A stretch of DNA of 64,000 bases from Nanobdellota archaeon. Lineage in GTDB: Archaea; Nanobdellota; Nanobdellia; Woesearchaeales; GW2011-AR4. This document shows, one piece after another, positions 27,370-36,644 of this stretch (within the stretch, counting starts at the first letter, position 1; the number at the start of each line of letters is the position of its first letter). The stretch covers positions 71,815 through 135,814 of the forward strand of contig JBBSWH010000011.1 of NCBI GenBank assembly GCA_038046385.1. The letters run 5' to 3'. Position numbers and translations under genes: made by a program. The notes beneath the pieces were generated by a model. It was not told the origin of the DNA, searched no databases, and was given only the letters and a program-made list of their open reading frames with translations.

Positions 27370-30300
27370 GGAAAATTATTTGCGGTTTATTGCATCATTC
27401 ATGATGGGGTTGATACTTACACTTCCGTTCTACACAACAAGCGTTTACGCTTCGATTAACGGAGTTACCGTAAAAGGAAGCGACGGCATAGAAGGGTTTT
27501 TGCGTTCAACAGATTCTGTTGAATTCAAAGTCGATGCTTCGATATCCGGAGACACAATAGGGCCGGAGCAAGTTTACATAGGATTAAAAGACACAGTGAC
27601 AAAGTTTACCAGCTGTGTTGCAGGAACAAACAGCAATTTTATCTGCACTCTTAAATCTCCTGCTTCAGGCAAGGAAGATATTGGCAGCGGCCAATTAAAC
27701 TATGATATCAATCTTTACAAAGATGATGAAACAATAGATGATTCTATGTCTGGAACAGTTCTTGTTGACAACAAAAAACCAATAGTAAAATTAACGTCAT
27801 CACAACCCAAGTTTTCTTCTGCAACTGATGTAAAAATTGACTATGACGTAACTGATTACTCATGCAATGATCCTGACTGTGCAGATTTATGTGTTGGATT
27901 AAAAAGCATACAGCTGTACACGCTTGACAATTCATTCAGCCAGACTGTTGAAGTGGATTCTGAAACCTGCAACACAAAAGATACAGTAACAATTCCGTCT
28001 TCAAAATTCAAGAACGGAAACAATGCAGTCTTTGCAAAAGCAACAGACAACTTTAATCAGGTTTCAAGTGTTTCTTCTGTTTCATTTGCAGTCGATACAA
28101 AAGCTCCGGAAGTGAAGTCAAGCTCTTTTGGGATAGAAAGAAAGGGAGTGCCTCTTTCAACATATTCTCCAAATAGCATCGCAGCTGATGTTTTTGTCAA
28201 CATATCCTCTGATGATCTTGTTTTGAATTCTGTGTTTGCAGATTTGTCTCAGTTATCATCTGCAAATTCAAACAACGCACCGGGTGTTTGCGCTGTTATA
28301 AAACCGGAAGTGGTTGCATGCAAATGGGCAGCGCAGTTAGAATCCGGAGCAGCATCAAGAACAATAACTGTCAAGGCATCAGAAACTTCTGGAAACACGA
28401 TGGAAAAGCCGTTAGTGAAATCTTTTTCATTGGATGATAAAGGGCCTGTTGTAGCATCTTTAGCCACTTCTAATGTTAAAAACAGCAAGTCTTATGCAAA
28501 AGAATCTGGAAATACTGTATTTGCGTCTTTTGACGAGACAACTGGAATGTTTGCTGATGAAGTGCTCTTGCATGTTGGAACTTCCACAATACCGGCGAAG
28601 AACTGCACAAAACAATCCAGTTGGGTTTGCGCTTGGGAAAATGTTGGATTTGATGATGCTACGTCAATGTCAATAGACACTGATACAAAAGATATTCTTG
28701 GAAACTCTGTTGCTGCTGCAAAAGTAACAGATGTTGTTGTTGATACTACAAGCCCGGTGATTGTCGGCATAAGTGTTGTTGCTTTGAGCGGGCTTACAGA
28801 AGCAATTGAAGGAATGTTCAAGGTCGGAGATAAATTTTTTGTTGAAGCCAATTTAACAGATGATAATGACATATCTGCTTCAGGTGATTTTTCAAAGTTC
28901 ATAACTTCTGCTTCGGCAGTTTCAGGAAGCTGCAAAAAAATACCAGGAGATATGCAGCAGTGCACATGGACAACTGAGAGAATTAATCTTGCTGCAAACA
29001 ACGATATTGTCCTTGTTTTTACAGACGAATCAGGCAACCAGGTTTCTTCCAAAAAAACATTTACAATAGTTGGTCTTGACAGCACTGAAGTGCCTGATTT
29101 GTGGAAATCGACCATTGCTTGCTCTCCTGCGACGATTGACAGGCAAACCGGTTCGTTAGTTAACAATAATGTTTACTGTTCTGTCAAATTAACTTTAAAT
29201 TCATCAAAAAAAGCATCAACTATCTCAATAAGCCCTGCAGTATGCGATGATATTCTTGTTGACGGAAAAAACACAGTCGATGTGTCAGATTATGTTGAAA
29301 AGATTGAGACATTTAATGCGCAGAACGGAAGCACTTCCCCTTTCATCAAGCTGGTTTTGAAGAAAAAGGATTTTAATATTGATAATCTTTCAGTAAGCTG
29401 CTCCATAAATATAATTTCTAAATTGCATGCAGCCAATACAATAACTCAGAATCCTGAAATCGAGAATGAAAAGATATTCTTGCAGTTTTACAATCTTCCC
29501 TTAGGAGAGCTTGGAGATTCTGTAAAGCAGAAGATACATGACGCGAAGAAGGAAGCAAGAGACACGCTGAAGTTTGTAGATGGGGCGGCTAAATTTATGG
29601 CAACAGCCAAGAAAATTTGCCAGATGATAGAGACAATGTACAAAATTGCCGCGGTTTTATATATGATAAGTACCGCGCTTCACGTAACAGAGACGGTATG
29701 CGAAGATACTGTTGTTGGAAATCTTTTTGGTGTTTGTGCAGCGGTAACTGGCATTAAAACAGGTGTTTGTCAAGGCCAAACGAAAACAAGCGATATGGCA
29801 GATGGTATGCAAAAAACTGCAAGAAAATTCTGCGATTTTGTCACGTGCAAACAAACAATTTTGTGGGGGGCGGATATGAACACCTGGATAAACGAAAAAG
29901 CCCCTATCTGGCTTGCCCCTGGAAGGAATTATGGAAGCGACAATCCGCAGATAGATACGCTTAGGGGAGTACAAACTGGAAATTATTTGGATCCTCAAAA
30001 CAATTTATTGGTCGCAACTGCCTTTGCATGCGTTCCTGGAATAATAACTGGCTTGGATAAATACAGGCAGATAAAATGCCTCTATGCAGACTGCCTTGAG
30101 AATGCAGTTGGAAAAGATGGATTGCCTTTGACAGCATGCGAGAACCAGAAAAATTATGCAACCTGTAAATATGTTACTGGAGAGATCTTTGCAATAGTCC
30201 CATGGACTGCATTCTTTGATCATTGGACAGGACTCCTCAAACAGGCATTTTCAAATCCATTTACAATAATTGGAGTAGCTGCGTCTATTTTCTGCCCATG

Positions 30301-30508
30301 TACGACTAAAGGAGATGCAGGAGCAAGGTATGTGCTCTGCAGAGGGGTAAGGACATTCAATCTGCTTGCAGATGCAACTGAAAATGTAAACAGTTTCAAG
30401 GAGAATGTTAAGCCAGTACAAAATTACTGCGACAGATTAGATTTTAGTGATTTGGATGCAGAAGAAGCAGCACTGGCAGCAGAAGATAGTGAAGAAGCTA
30501 CAATTTAA
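27362..30508 (+). CDS. Large secreted Ig-like-repeat protein with Cys-rich hydrophobic helical C-terminal region, module 1
   Basis: Signal peptide with ILTLPFY, repeated VDxxxP Ig boundaries, many Cys, hydrophobic helices near the C-terminus. Confidence 0.8.
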   Translation: MDKENYLRFIASFMMGLILTLPFYTTSVYASINGVTVKGSDGIEGFLRSTDSVEFKVDASISGDTIGPEQVYIGLKDTVTKFTSCVAGTNSNFICTLKSPASGKEDIGSGQLNYDINLYKDDETIDDSMSGTVLVDNKKPIVKLTSSQPKFSSATDVKIDYDVTDYSCNDPDCADLCVGLKSIQLYTLDNSFSQTVEVDSETCNTKDTVTIPSSKFKNGNNAVFAKATDNFNQVSSVSSVSFAVDTKAPEVKSSSFGIERKGVPLSTYSPNSIAADVFVNISSDDLVLNSVFADLSQLSSANSNNAPGVCAVIKPEVVACKWAAQLESGAASRTITVKASETSGNTMEKPLVKSFSLDDKGPVVASLATSNVKNSKSYAKESGNTVFASFDETTGMFADEVLLHVGTSTIPAKNCTKQSSWVCAWENVGFDDATSMSIDTDTKDILGNSVAAAKVTDVVVDTTSPVIVGISVVALSGLTEAIEGMFKVGDKFFVEANLTDDNDISASGDFSKFITSASAVSGSCKKIPGDMQQCTWTTERINLAANNDIVLVFTDESGNQVSSKKTFTIVGLDSTEVPDLWKSTIACSPATIDRQTGSLVNNNVYCSVKLTLNSSKKASTISISPAVCDDILVDGKNTVDVSDYVEKIETFNAQNGSTSPFIKLVLKKKDFNIDNLSVSCSINIISKLHAANTITQNPEIENEKIFLQFYNLPLGELGDSVKQKIHDAKKEARDTLKFVDGAAKFMATAKKICQMIETMYKIAAVLYMISTALHVTETVCEDTVVGNLFGVCAAVTGIKTGVCQGQTKTSDMADGMQKTARKFCDFVTCKQTILWGADMNTWINEKAPIWLAPGRNYGSDNPQIDTLRGVQTGNYLDPQNNLLVATAFACVPGIITGLDKYRQIKCLYADCLENAVGKDGLPLTACENQKNYATCKYVTGEIFAIVPWTAFFDHWTGLLKQAFSNPFTIIGVAASIFCPCTTKGDAGARYVLCRGVRTFNLLADATENVNSFKENVKPVQNYCDRLDFSDLDAEEAALAAEDSEEATI

Positions 30509-30509
30509 C

Positions 30510-33413
30510 ATGAAAAAAATACTCGATAACAAGACTGCAAAAGGAATAACCGGATTTGTAATGATAATGCTGATGATGATTTCAGTATTTATGTTTGCAT
30601 TAAGCAACAACACGTCAATAACTGCAAATGTTGTGAAATTTGAAGATACTGATACGGCAAAAAATAATGCAGTTATTCAAACTAAAGAAATAAATTCACT
30701 TTCACAGTTAAACGAAGGATGGTACGAGATAAGAAACGGATTTGTGTTTTATCTTGAGGATTTCAATACTCCGGTTCCGCTTTATATTAGATTAAAAAAT
30801 TCTAATCAAAACGGAATGGCTGTTGTAGATTCCGATGGAACAGTTTCATTTGAAGAGAGTTCTGATAAATTAGTAGAGAAGATAATCACTGACAAGGACA
30901 TTAGGAAATCAAGTTCTTCAAATCAGATAACTGGGAATGCTGTTGGAATGAGTGCAGTGACTGGGATGCAGACGGCAACGCCCCCAACATTTACAGGCAC
31001 TGCGAGTTCTATAGGCAGAGGCTGGATCAGTCTTGTTCAATCTTCAACCACCGATGAGCAAGGAAATTACCGCGCTTTCCTTAATGATGGGACTGCTGTA
31101 TTTATTCCAAAAGATGGAAGCTCATTTTATTTTGGGAATAGAAAAAGTGATGGAACATACAATTGGCAGCAGAACACAGGAAATGGCCCACTACAGACAA
31201 TTGCGCAGCCGCCAGGATATTCACCCGTCCCTGCAGCAGAACAAAGAAGTGGAGCGCAAGGTGGAGGAACTGCAGCACAAGGAGCCGAAGGAACGCAAAA
31301 AACACAAAACGGATTGCCAATCCCTCCCGAAGCAAGCAGATCAACAGGAAATCTTCCAACACCAACTGAAACACACACTTCTCAAGAGATAATCTCTGGG
31401 GCATTCAAACTCACTCCTAAAACTCCATTTAAGGCAAGCGACAATGCTGTTTACTATCAAGAATGCTCAACATGTCCAATACAAGTAACCAAAAATAATG
31501 GTGGAAATTGGAAAAATGTAGAGCGCACTTTTTATTTCGATGCTGTTGATGTTAATAAAAGATCAGGGCACATATCCCAACCTGCGTTTACTCAGGATGA
31601 AGCAAAGAAATTATTGGAAGTCCAAGGATTCACAAATGTACACACTGGTAATCCATCAACTCCAACTCAACTTCCACCTTCTTCAAGGCCGACAGGAACA
31701 TACGTATTAAGTCCAGATAAAAAATATATCACTAATCCAAGTTTAGAACCAGTATTCGTTACGCCTGGAATGGATCCACAGCAGTACCTTGATGACTATA
31801 ACAACAAAGCAAAAGTTTTAGACGCTTATCATAGCTGGCTTGCCAAGAGTGGCGTAAAGGATAGCCCAGCTAATCAGGCACTATTTAGTAAATATCCCTC
31901 CGAGGGAATAACAACTCCAGATGCCGATAAGGCATTTAATTTAGTTACTCCACCCAAGACTGGAACTCAAAACAGTGAGCCAAAAGAGACTAAACTTCCA
32001 AACGGAAATCCTGGATGGATTCTCCCTAACGGAGATGTAACTGATGATAAATTCTTAGGAGAACACCCTAATGCAAAGAAAGAGCCGAAAATAACAACAG
32101 GAAATGATCAGCCAGTTTATTCTCTCAAAGGGCAGTACTATGGCAGCGATGGAAAACCAGTTGCAAGCATAAACCAAAAGATAACCATTACAGGAAACGA
32201 ATACGATGCAGTTTACACGTTAACTGATGGAAAAAATCCAGCCATAAGTTCTGTAAACGGATATTCAATGACCCCTTCTACTTTAAAATATATAAATGAT
32301 AACGCAAAAGGCAAAGGAGATTCCTTTACAATAAGTTCAGAAGGGTTTACAATAACCAAAGCAACCACAACTGTACATGGACAGGAAATTTCAACAGTTA
32401 TAACTGGCAGTCAAAGTAGAATCTATGATTTAACTACCTTTACAAAAAAAAATAAAGATGGAGCTATAACTGGTCTTGTTATAACGGAGCAAGGACATGA
32501 TAAGGATGGAAAGGGGATAACCTACAATCAAAGAACAGAATATAGCAGGGGCAGTGATGGAACAATCAATAAGGACAGCTCGGATTATATAACAATATTA
32601 ACTGATGCAACAGGAAAACCTACGCGTGTGGATGCCAAGGTGAATGGAGTTTCTAGTTCAGCCGCTACAGGTACTGGTGGGCAGAATGGAGGTGGAGGTA
32701 GAGCCCTAGAAATACTCAACAAAGAAATCAGCCAATACACTTGGAGACAGAGATTTGCAACAGCCGAGAGATGGCTGACAGAATTCAGAGGTCTTGGTTA
32801 TTATGCGACTTTGTTCATGAGCGATGATTCATTATTGCACTGGAGAGAAGAAACCGACAAGGTATTTTCAAACCTTTATCTTGGAACAGAATACTGGAGC
32901 AGCGGAATATGCGGCAAGTACATCAACACAGGCTCTTCCGAAGGCATTGCATTCGCAGACACCCCTCAGGGCGTTGCGCAGGTTGCAACCCACATTGAAG
33001 CGACAAGAACTCAGCCAATACAGTCAGATACAGGAACAGAATATGTTTACAAAATAACATTCAGCGTGAGAAACGGCGATTATGAAGAAGACTTAAGAGC
33101 GCCTGAAAAGATGAACATAAAAGTCATAATAAAAGGCCAGACAGAGTCAAAGCTTTTCAAGAATGATGTTGAAGTCAAGAGAGGAACAACATTCGGAAGA
33201 GCAGGAACAAAAGCGATTGTAAAGCAGAGCAAAAAGCTTTATGACAAAGTCTGCATTGAATTTGACCAGATTCCTGAAAAGTGGCACATAGAAAACAAAC
33301 AGCTGTGCAACAAAGTAATTGAAGAAAATGGAGAACCACTCTCTTTAGAAAGGCTAAGGCAGCAAGAAGAGCAGCAGGCAAGCGGAGAGCCTGTATTGAG
33401 TGATGACTGGTAA
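30510..33413 (+). CDS. Large membrane-anchored/secreted protein with low-complexity T/G/P-rich central region, module 1
   Basis: N-terminal TM plus ITANVV/ITGNAV motifs; ATG at 30510; C-terminal Cys-containing domain. Confidence 0.8.
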   Translation: MKKILDNKTAKGITGFVMIMLMMISVFMFALSNNTSITANVVKFEDTDTAKNNAVIQTKEINSLSQLNEGWYEIRNGFVFYLEDFNTPVPLYIRLKNSNQNGMAVVDSDGTVSFEESSDKLVEKIITDKDIRKSSSSNQITGNAVGMSAVTGMQTATPPTFTGTASSIGRGWISLVQSSTTDEQGNYRAFLNDGTAVFIPKDGSSFYFGNRKSDGTYNWQQNTGNGPLQTIAQPPGYSPVPAAEQRSGAQGGGTAAQGAEGTQKTQNGLPIPPEASRSTGNLPTPTETHTSQEIISGAFKLTPKTPFKASDNAVYYQECSTCPIQVTKNNGGNWKNVERTFYFDAVDVNKRSGHISQPAFTQDEAKKLLEVQGFTNVHTGNPSTPTQLPPSSRPTGTYVLSPDKKYITNPSLEPVFVTPGMDPQQYLDDYNNKAKVLDAYHSWLAKSGVKDSPANQALFSKYPSEGITTPDADKAFNLVTPPKTGTQNSEPKETKLPNGNPGWILPNGDVTDDKFLGEHPNAKKEPKITTGNDQPVYSLKGQYYGSDGKPVASINQKITITGNEYDAVYTLTDGKNPAISSVNGYSMTPSTLKYINDNAKGKGDSFTISSEGFTITKATTTVHGQEISTVITGSQSRIYDLTTFTKKNKDGAITGLVITEQGHDKDGKGITYNQRTEYSRGSDGTINKDSSDYITILTDATGKPTRVDAKVNGVSSSAATGTGGQNGGGGRALEILNKEISQYTWRQRFATAERWLTEFRGLGYYATLFMSDDSLLHWREETDKVFSNLYLGTEYWSSGICGKYINTGSSEGIAFADTPQGVAQVATHIEATRTQPIQSDTGTEYVYKITFSVRNGDYEEDLRAPEKMNIKVIIKGQTESKLFKNDVEVKRGTTFGRAGTKAIVKQSKKLYDKVCIEFDQIPEKWHIENKQLCNKVIEENGEPLSLERLRQQEEQQASGEPVLSDDW

Positions 33414-34200
33414 AATGCCAAAAAAACAAAGCTATTGGGAAAAGAATATTGAACTGTTAAAATCCACAATAAAAAAGATAGACAAATGGATTTTGATTTC
33501 AATAGCCTTGGACATTGCTTTCTATATAATTGTCATTTATTCATTTATGTTCTGGAACAGCTCAGTCCAGGCAAAGCAATTTTCAATAATGTCAAAATAC
33601 CCGCCTGACCCGATGATGATGTCTGCATCTCAATTGCAAAGCATAAATACAGAAGCAAAATCTTTCCTTATATTGCTTTATTCATCAATCGTACTGCTTG
33701 CATTATTCATTATTTTCATTGCAAGCATTGTAAAGGGAATCATCTGGGCAAAAACAACATCCACAAAGATAAACCTCCACTTAATCTCAAGGTTTTTAGG
33801 ATTAAACTTGATTTGGATGGGATTGTGGGCTGCAATAATCATTTTAATCGTATTTGGGATAGATAACTCTTCTTTAGTTGCATTTGCATCATTATCAATT
33901 GTTATAGCGCTTTATTTTACCAATATAGTCTACTCACTGTTCATGAAAAGCAATAAACTATCTTCAATAGCTGAAGGATTAAAATTAGGTGTTTCAAAGA
34001 TAAGTTACTTTGCAATTCCAAACGCAGCATTATTCTTGGTTGTTTACCTGCTAATAAACTCAGGAAGCCTTTTTAATGCAATACAGAAAAATGCCGGCTA
34101 CATAAACCTTGCAATACTGGTGCTGCTTATAGCATTCATGGCCTTTGCAAGATACTACACTTCGACATTAGTTTATCAGGTTCAGAAAATAAAATCATAA
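33400..34200 (+). CDS. Multi-pass membrane protein, module 1
   Basis: About 6 hydrophobic helices; same layout as 42927-43739. Confidence 0.8.
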   Translation: MMTGKMPKKQSYWEKNIELLKSTIKKIDKWILISIALDIAFYIIVIYSFMFWNSSVQAKQFSIMSKYPPDPMMMSASQLQSINTEAKSFLILLYSSIVLLALFIIFIASIVKGIIWAKTTSTKINLHLISRFLGLNLIWMGLWAAIIILIVFGIDNSSLVAFASLSIVIALYFTNIVYSLFMKSNKLSSIAEGLKLGVSKISYFAIPNAALFLVVYLLINSGSLFNAIQKNAGYINLAILVLLIAFMAFARYYTSTLVYQVQKIKS

Positions 34201-34213
34201 ACTTTGTATTTAA

Positions 34214-34345
34214 GTGCCATCGAAGATGGTACATTTTTTGTTCAAACTTTTTCGCAAAAAGTTTGTCGGTGCAAATTGGACAAAGTCCAATTGCACACTT
34301 GAGCTCTGCTCAAGTTGTGTCAACGGACGAAACCGTTGAAACCGA
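34214..34345. repeat. Array of five short-loop hairpins between the two modules
   Basis: GCCATC-GAA-GATGGT, CAAACTTTTT-CGC-AAAAAGTTTG, TTGGAC-AAA-GTCCAA, ACTTGAGC-TCT-GCTCAAGT, TCAACGG..CCGTTGA. Confidence 0.75.
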
Positions 34346-34442
34346 AAACTTTATAAATTCTATATATAATTTATATATGAATATACACTTTTCCACTATG
34401 AAAGGCATATAAAATAGATATATAACATATATATTTCATATG

Positions 34443-34473
34443 TAAAAAATATGTAAAGTTTACATATTTTTTA
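34443..34473. promoter_or_regulatory. Perfect palindrome with 15-bp arms, candidate operator
   Basis: TAAAAAATATGTAAA-G-TTTACATATTTTTTA upstream of the AbrB-like gene. Confidence 0.45.
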
Positions 34474-34565
34474 TCATGATCAAAAATCATGAATAACATT
34501 TGCGATAAGCAACAAATCATCCCCATATGAAGGATGATTTTTGACATATAAAAAACCTTCAAAAA

Positions 34566-34724
34566 ATGAAGTACACCAAGAAGCTGATAAAGACAGGCGG
34601 AGGGATTGTTGTAAGAATCCCCTCTGATATCGTCAAAGTTCTAAACCTTACAGAAAAAGATTATGTTGAAATTGATATCACAAAGATAGATTTGAAGGTG
34701 CTGAATAAAAAATCAGCAAAGTAG
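34566..34724 (+). CDS. AbrB/MazE/SpoVT-type small DNA-binding protein (52 aa, not in the ORF track)
   Basis: MKYTKKLIKTGGGIVVRIPSDIVKVLNLTEKDYVEIDI swapped-hairpin signature. Confidence 0.8.
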   Translation: MKYTKKLIKTGGGIVVRIPSDIVKVLNLTEKDYVEIDITKIDLKVLNKKSAK

Positions 34725-34736
34725 CGTAGCATTAAA

Positions 34737-36644
34737 ATGAAAAAAAGAGGAGTAGGCTTTGGAAGAAGAGCGCAAGCTGCGATATTTATCATAATGTCAT
34801 TAGTGATAATCATATCGGGGCTCGTGTATTTTATTTATCAGGATAAAATTTCAGGAAAAGAAATAGAAGTTGTTCAGCCTGAAGCGCAGCCGGTGAAATC
34901 ATTTGTGGAGAATTGCATGCAGAAAACAGCAGAAGAAGGATTAAGCACGATAGGATTAACAGGCGGCTATGCATATATTCCTGAAAACATAGCCAATGAT
35001 CCGCGAGCTTATCTTGCAGCAGGCAATTTTTTCAAAACTCCGTATTGGTGGCACGACGGAATAAATGCAATGCCATCGGAAAGCTTCATCAATAATCAAT
35101 TAAAGGCATACATTAAAACAGAGCTTAACAGCTGCATAGAAAATTTTACTGCATTCGGAAGCCAGTTTGAAATAACTCCATTAAAAGACCCTGTAGTGGA
35201 TATTTCATTCAACGAAAATGATGTCTCTGTAAGCTTAAAATATCCTGTTGAAGTTGTAAGCAAAGGCGGAAATTTCAAAGCACTATTGGAAAAATTTTCC
35301 TACACGGCTCCGATAAGATTCAAAAAAATATACGAGCTTGCAAGAACAATAATGGAACGTGAAAACGCAGATAGTTTTTTTGAGCAAAGGGCAATAGACC
35401 TTTATTCGATGGACTCTGAGATACCGACAACAGACATGCAGGCTTCTTGCGGCGGAAAAACGTGGAAGATTAGCGACGTAAAATCAAAGATGTCGGCTCT
35501 TTTAACTGCCAATATGCCTTATGTAAGGGTAGAGGGAACAGATTACAATCCGAATATGTATGTTCCAACACCAAGCGGAAATGGAAAATATTCAGATACT
35601 TACTTTCAGAAGCATTATGTGTGGAACATTGATAATGATGCAAATAAAAAATACAGCAACATGAAAGTCTCTTTTGCATACGACGGATGGCAGATGCAGA
35701 TTTATGCAAGGCCATCTGAAAATGGGATTTTAAAATCAAATTCAGAAAAGGGAAGCAGGATGCTGTCGTTCTTCTGCCTTAACGTGTGGCATTTTACTTA
35801 TGATATGTCTTATCCGATGCTTGCAACAATAATAGACAAGGAAACATCAACTAACAAGCAATACCAATTTAATTTTGGGTTTAAGGTTGCGATTGACCAT
35901 AATCAGCCAAACAGATTGAACAAAGGAACTACTTTGTTTGACAGCATAGAAACAGTGTCAAATGAGGATTATTGCAATGATGTGCAGAACGAAATTACAA
36001 TATTCACAATAAACAATGGAACAAGCGAGGACATAAAGGATGTTGACATGAAATTTGTGTGCGGAAGGTACTCATGCGACATGGGAAAGAGCGACTGGCT
36101 AAGCTTGGGAGCAGCGGCAGGAATAACAAAAAAATTCCCATACTGCGTAAATGGAGTAATCAAGGGAACAGCATCTGGATTTATTGATGCGCAATCATTC
36201 ATGCAGACAGACATTGATGGAAGATCTTATGTATTGCCAATGAACCCTTTAAAAGAAGTGGATTACAGCATAGTAAAACACCCTTATGCCAATCCTGAAT
36301 CAGAAGAAGCTCTTGGAGCAGATGAAAAAATTTCAATAATATTAACGGCAAAGGATACGGGCTATGAAACATTTGCAATCTATCCAAAAGAAGCAGACTC
36401 CCCTTTAAAGCTGCCGTCAAGCAAGGATATGTCATATGATGTTTCAATTTATGTTGCAGACGGCGAGAACATCAAAGGAGGATACATCGGGCAGTGGGAC
36501 GTGAACAGAGATGAATTAGAAAATGCAAATGAAGCGGTATTCCACATAATAGATTACGATACATCTTCAGAAGATGAAATGTTCCTTTTCGTGTCAGGCC
36601 TCGAATCTTATTCAAAAAATATACCTGCACCGGAATTAAGATGA
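34737..36644 (+). CDS. Large prepilin-like secreted protein (class III signal peptide), module 2
   Basis: KKRG..RRAQ-AAIFIIMSLVIII, PVKSFVENCM..GL..IG..GGY, PYW, IYELA, F.YD.S.P shared with 25201-27369. Confidence 0.8.
   Translation: MKKRGVGFGRRAQAAIFIIMSLVIIISGLVYFIYQDKISGKEIEVVQPEAQPVKSFVENCMQKTAEEGLSTIGLTGGYAYIPENIANDPRAYLAAGNFFKTPYWWHDGINAMPSESFINNQLKAYIKTELNSCIENFTAFGSQFEITPLKDPVVDISFNENDVSVSLKYPVEVVSKGGNFKALLEKFSYTAPIRFKKIYELARTIMERENADSFFEQRAIDLYSMDSEIPTTDMQASCGGKTWKISDVKSKMSALLTANMPYVRVEGTDYNPNMYVPTPSGNGKYSDTYFQKHYVWNIDNDANKKYSNMKVSFAYDGWQMQIYARPSENGILKSNSEKGSRMLSFFCLNVWHFTYDMSYPMLATIIDKETSTNKQYQFNFGFKVAIDHNQPNRLNKGTTLFDSIETVSNEDYCNDVQNEITIFTINNGTSEDIKDVDMKFVCGRYSCDMGKSDWLSLGAAAGITKKFPYCVNGVIKGTASGFIDAQSFMQTDIDGRSYVLPMNPLKEVDYSIVKHPYANPESEEALGADEKISIILTAKDTGYETFAIYPKEADSPLKLPSSKDMSYDVSIYVADGENIKGGYIGQWDVNRDELENANEAVFHIIDYDTSSEDEMFLFVSGLESYSKNIPAPELR

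Noticed and set aside
34371-34562. 63-aa ORF on the minus strand
   Set aside because: Extremely AT-rich promoter DNA with no protein-like composition
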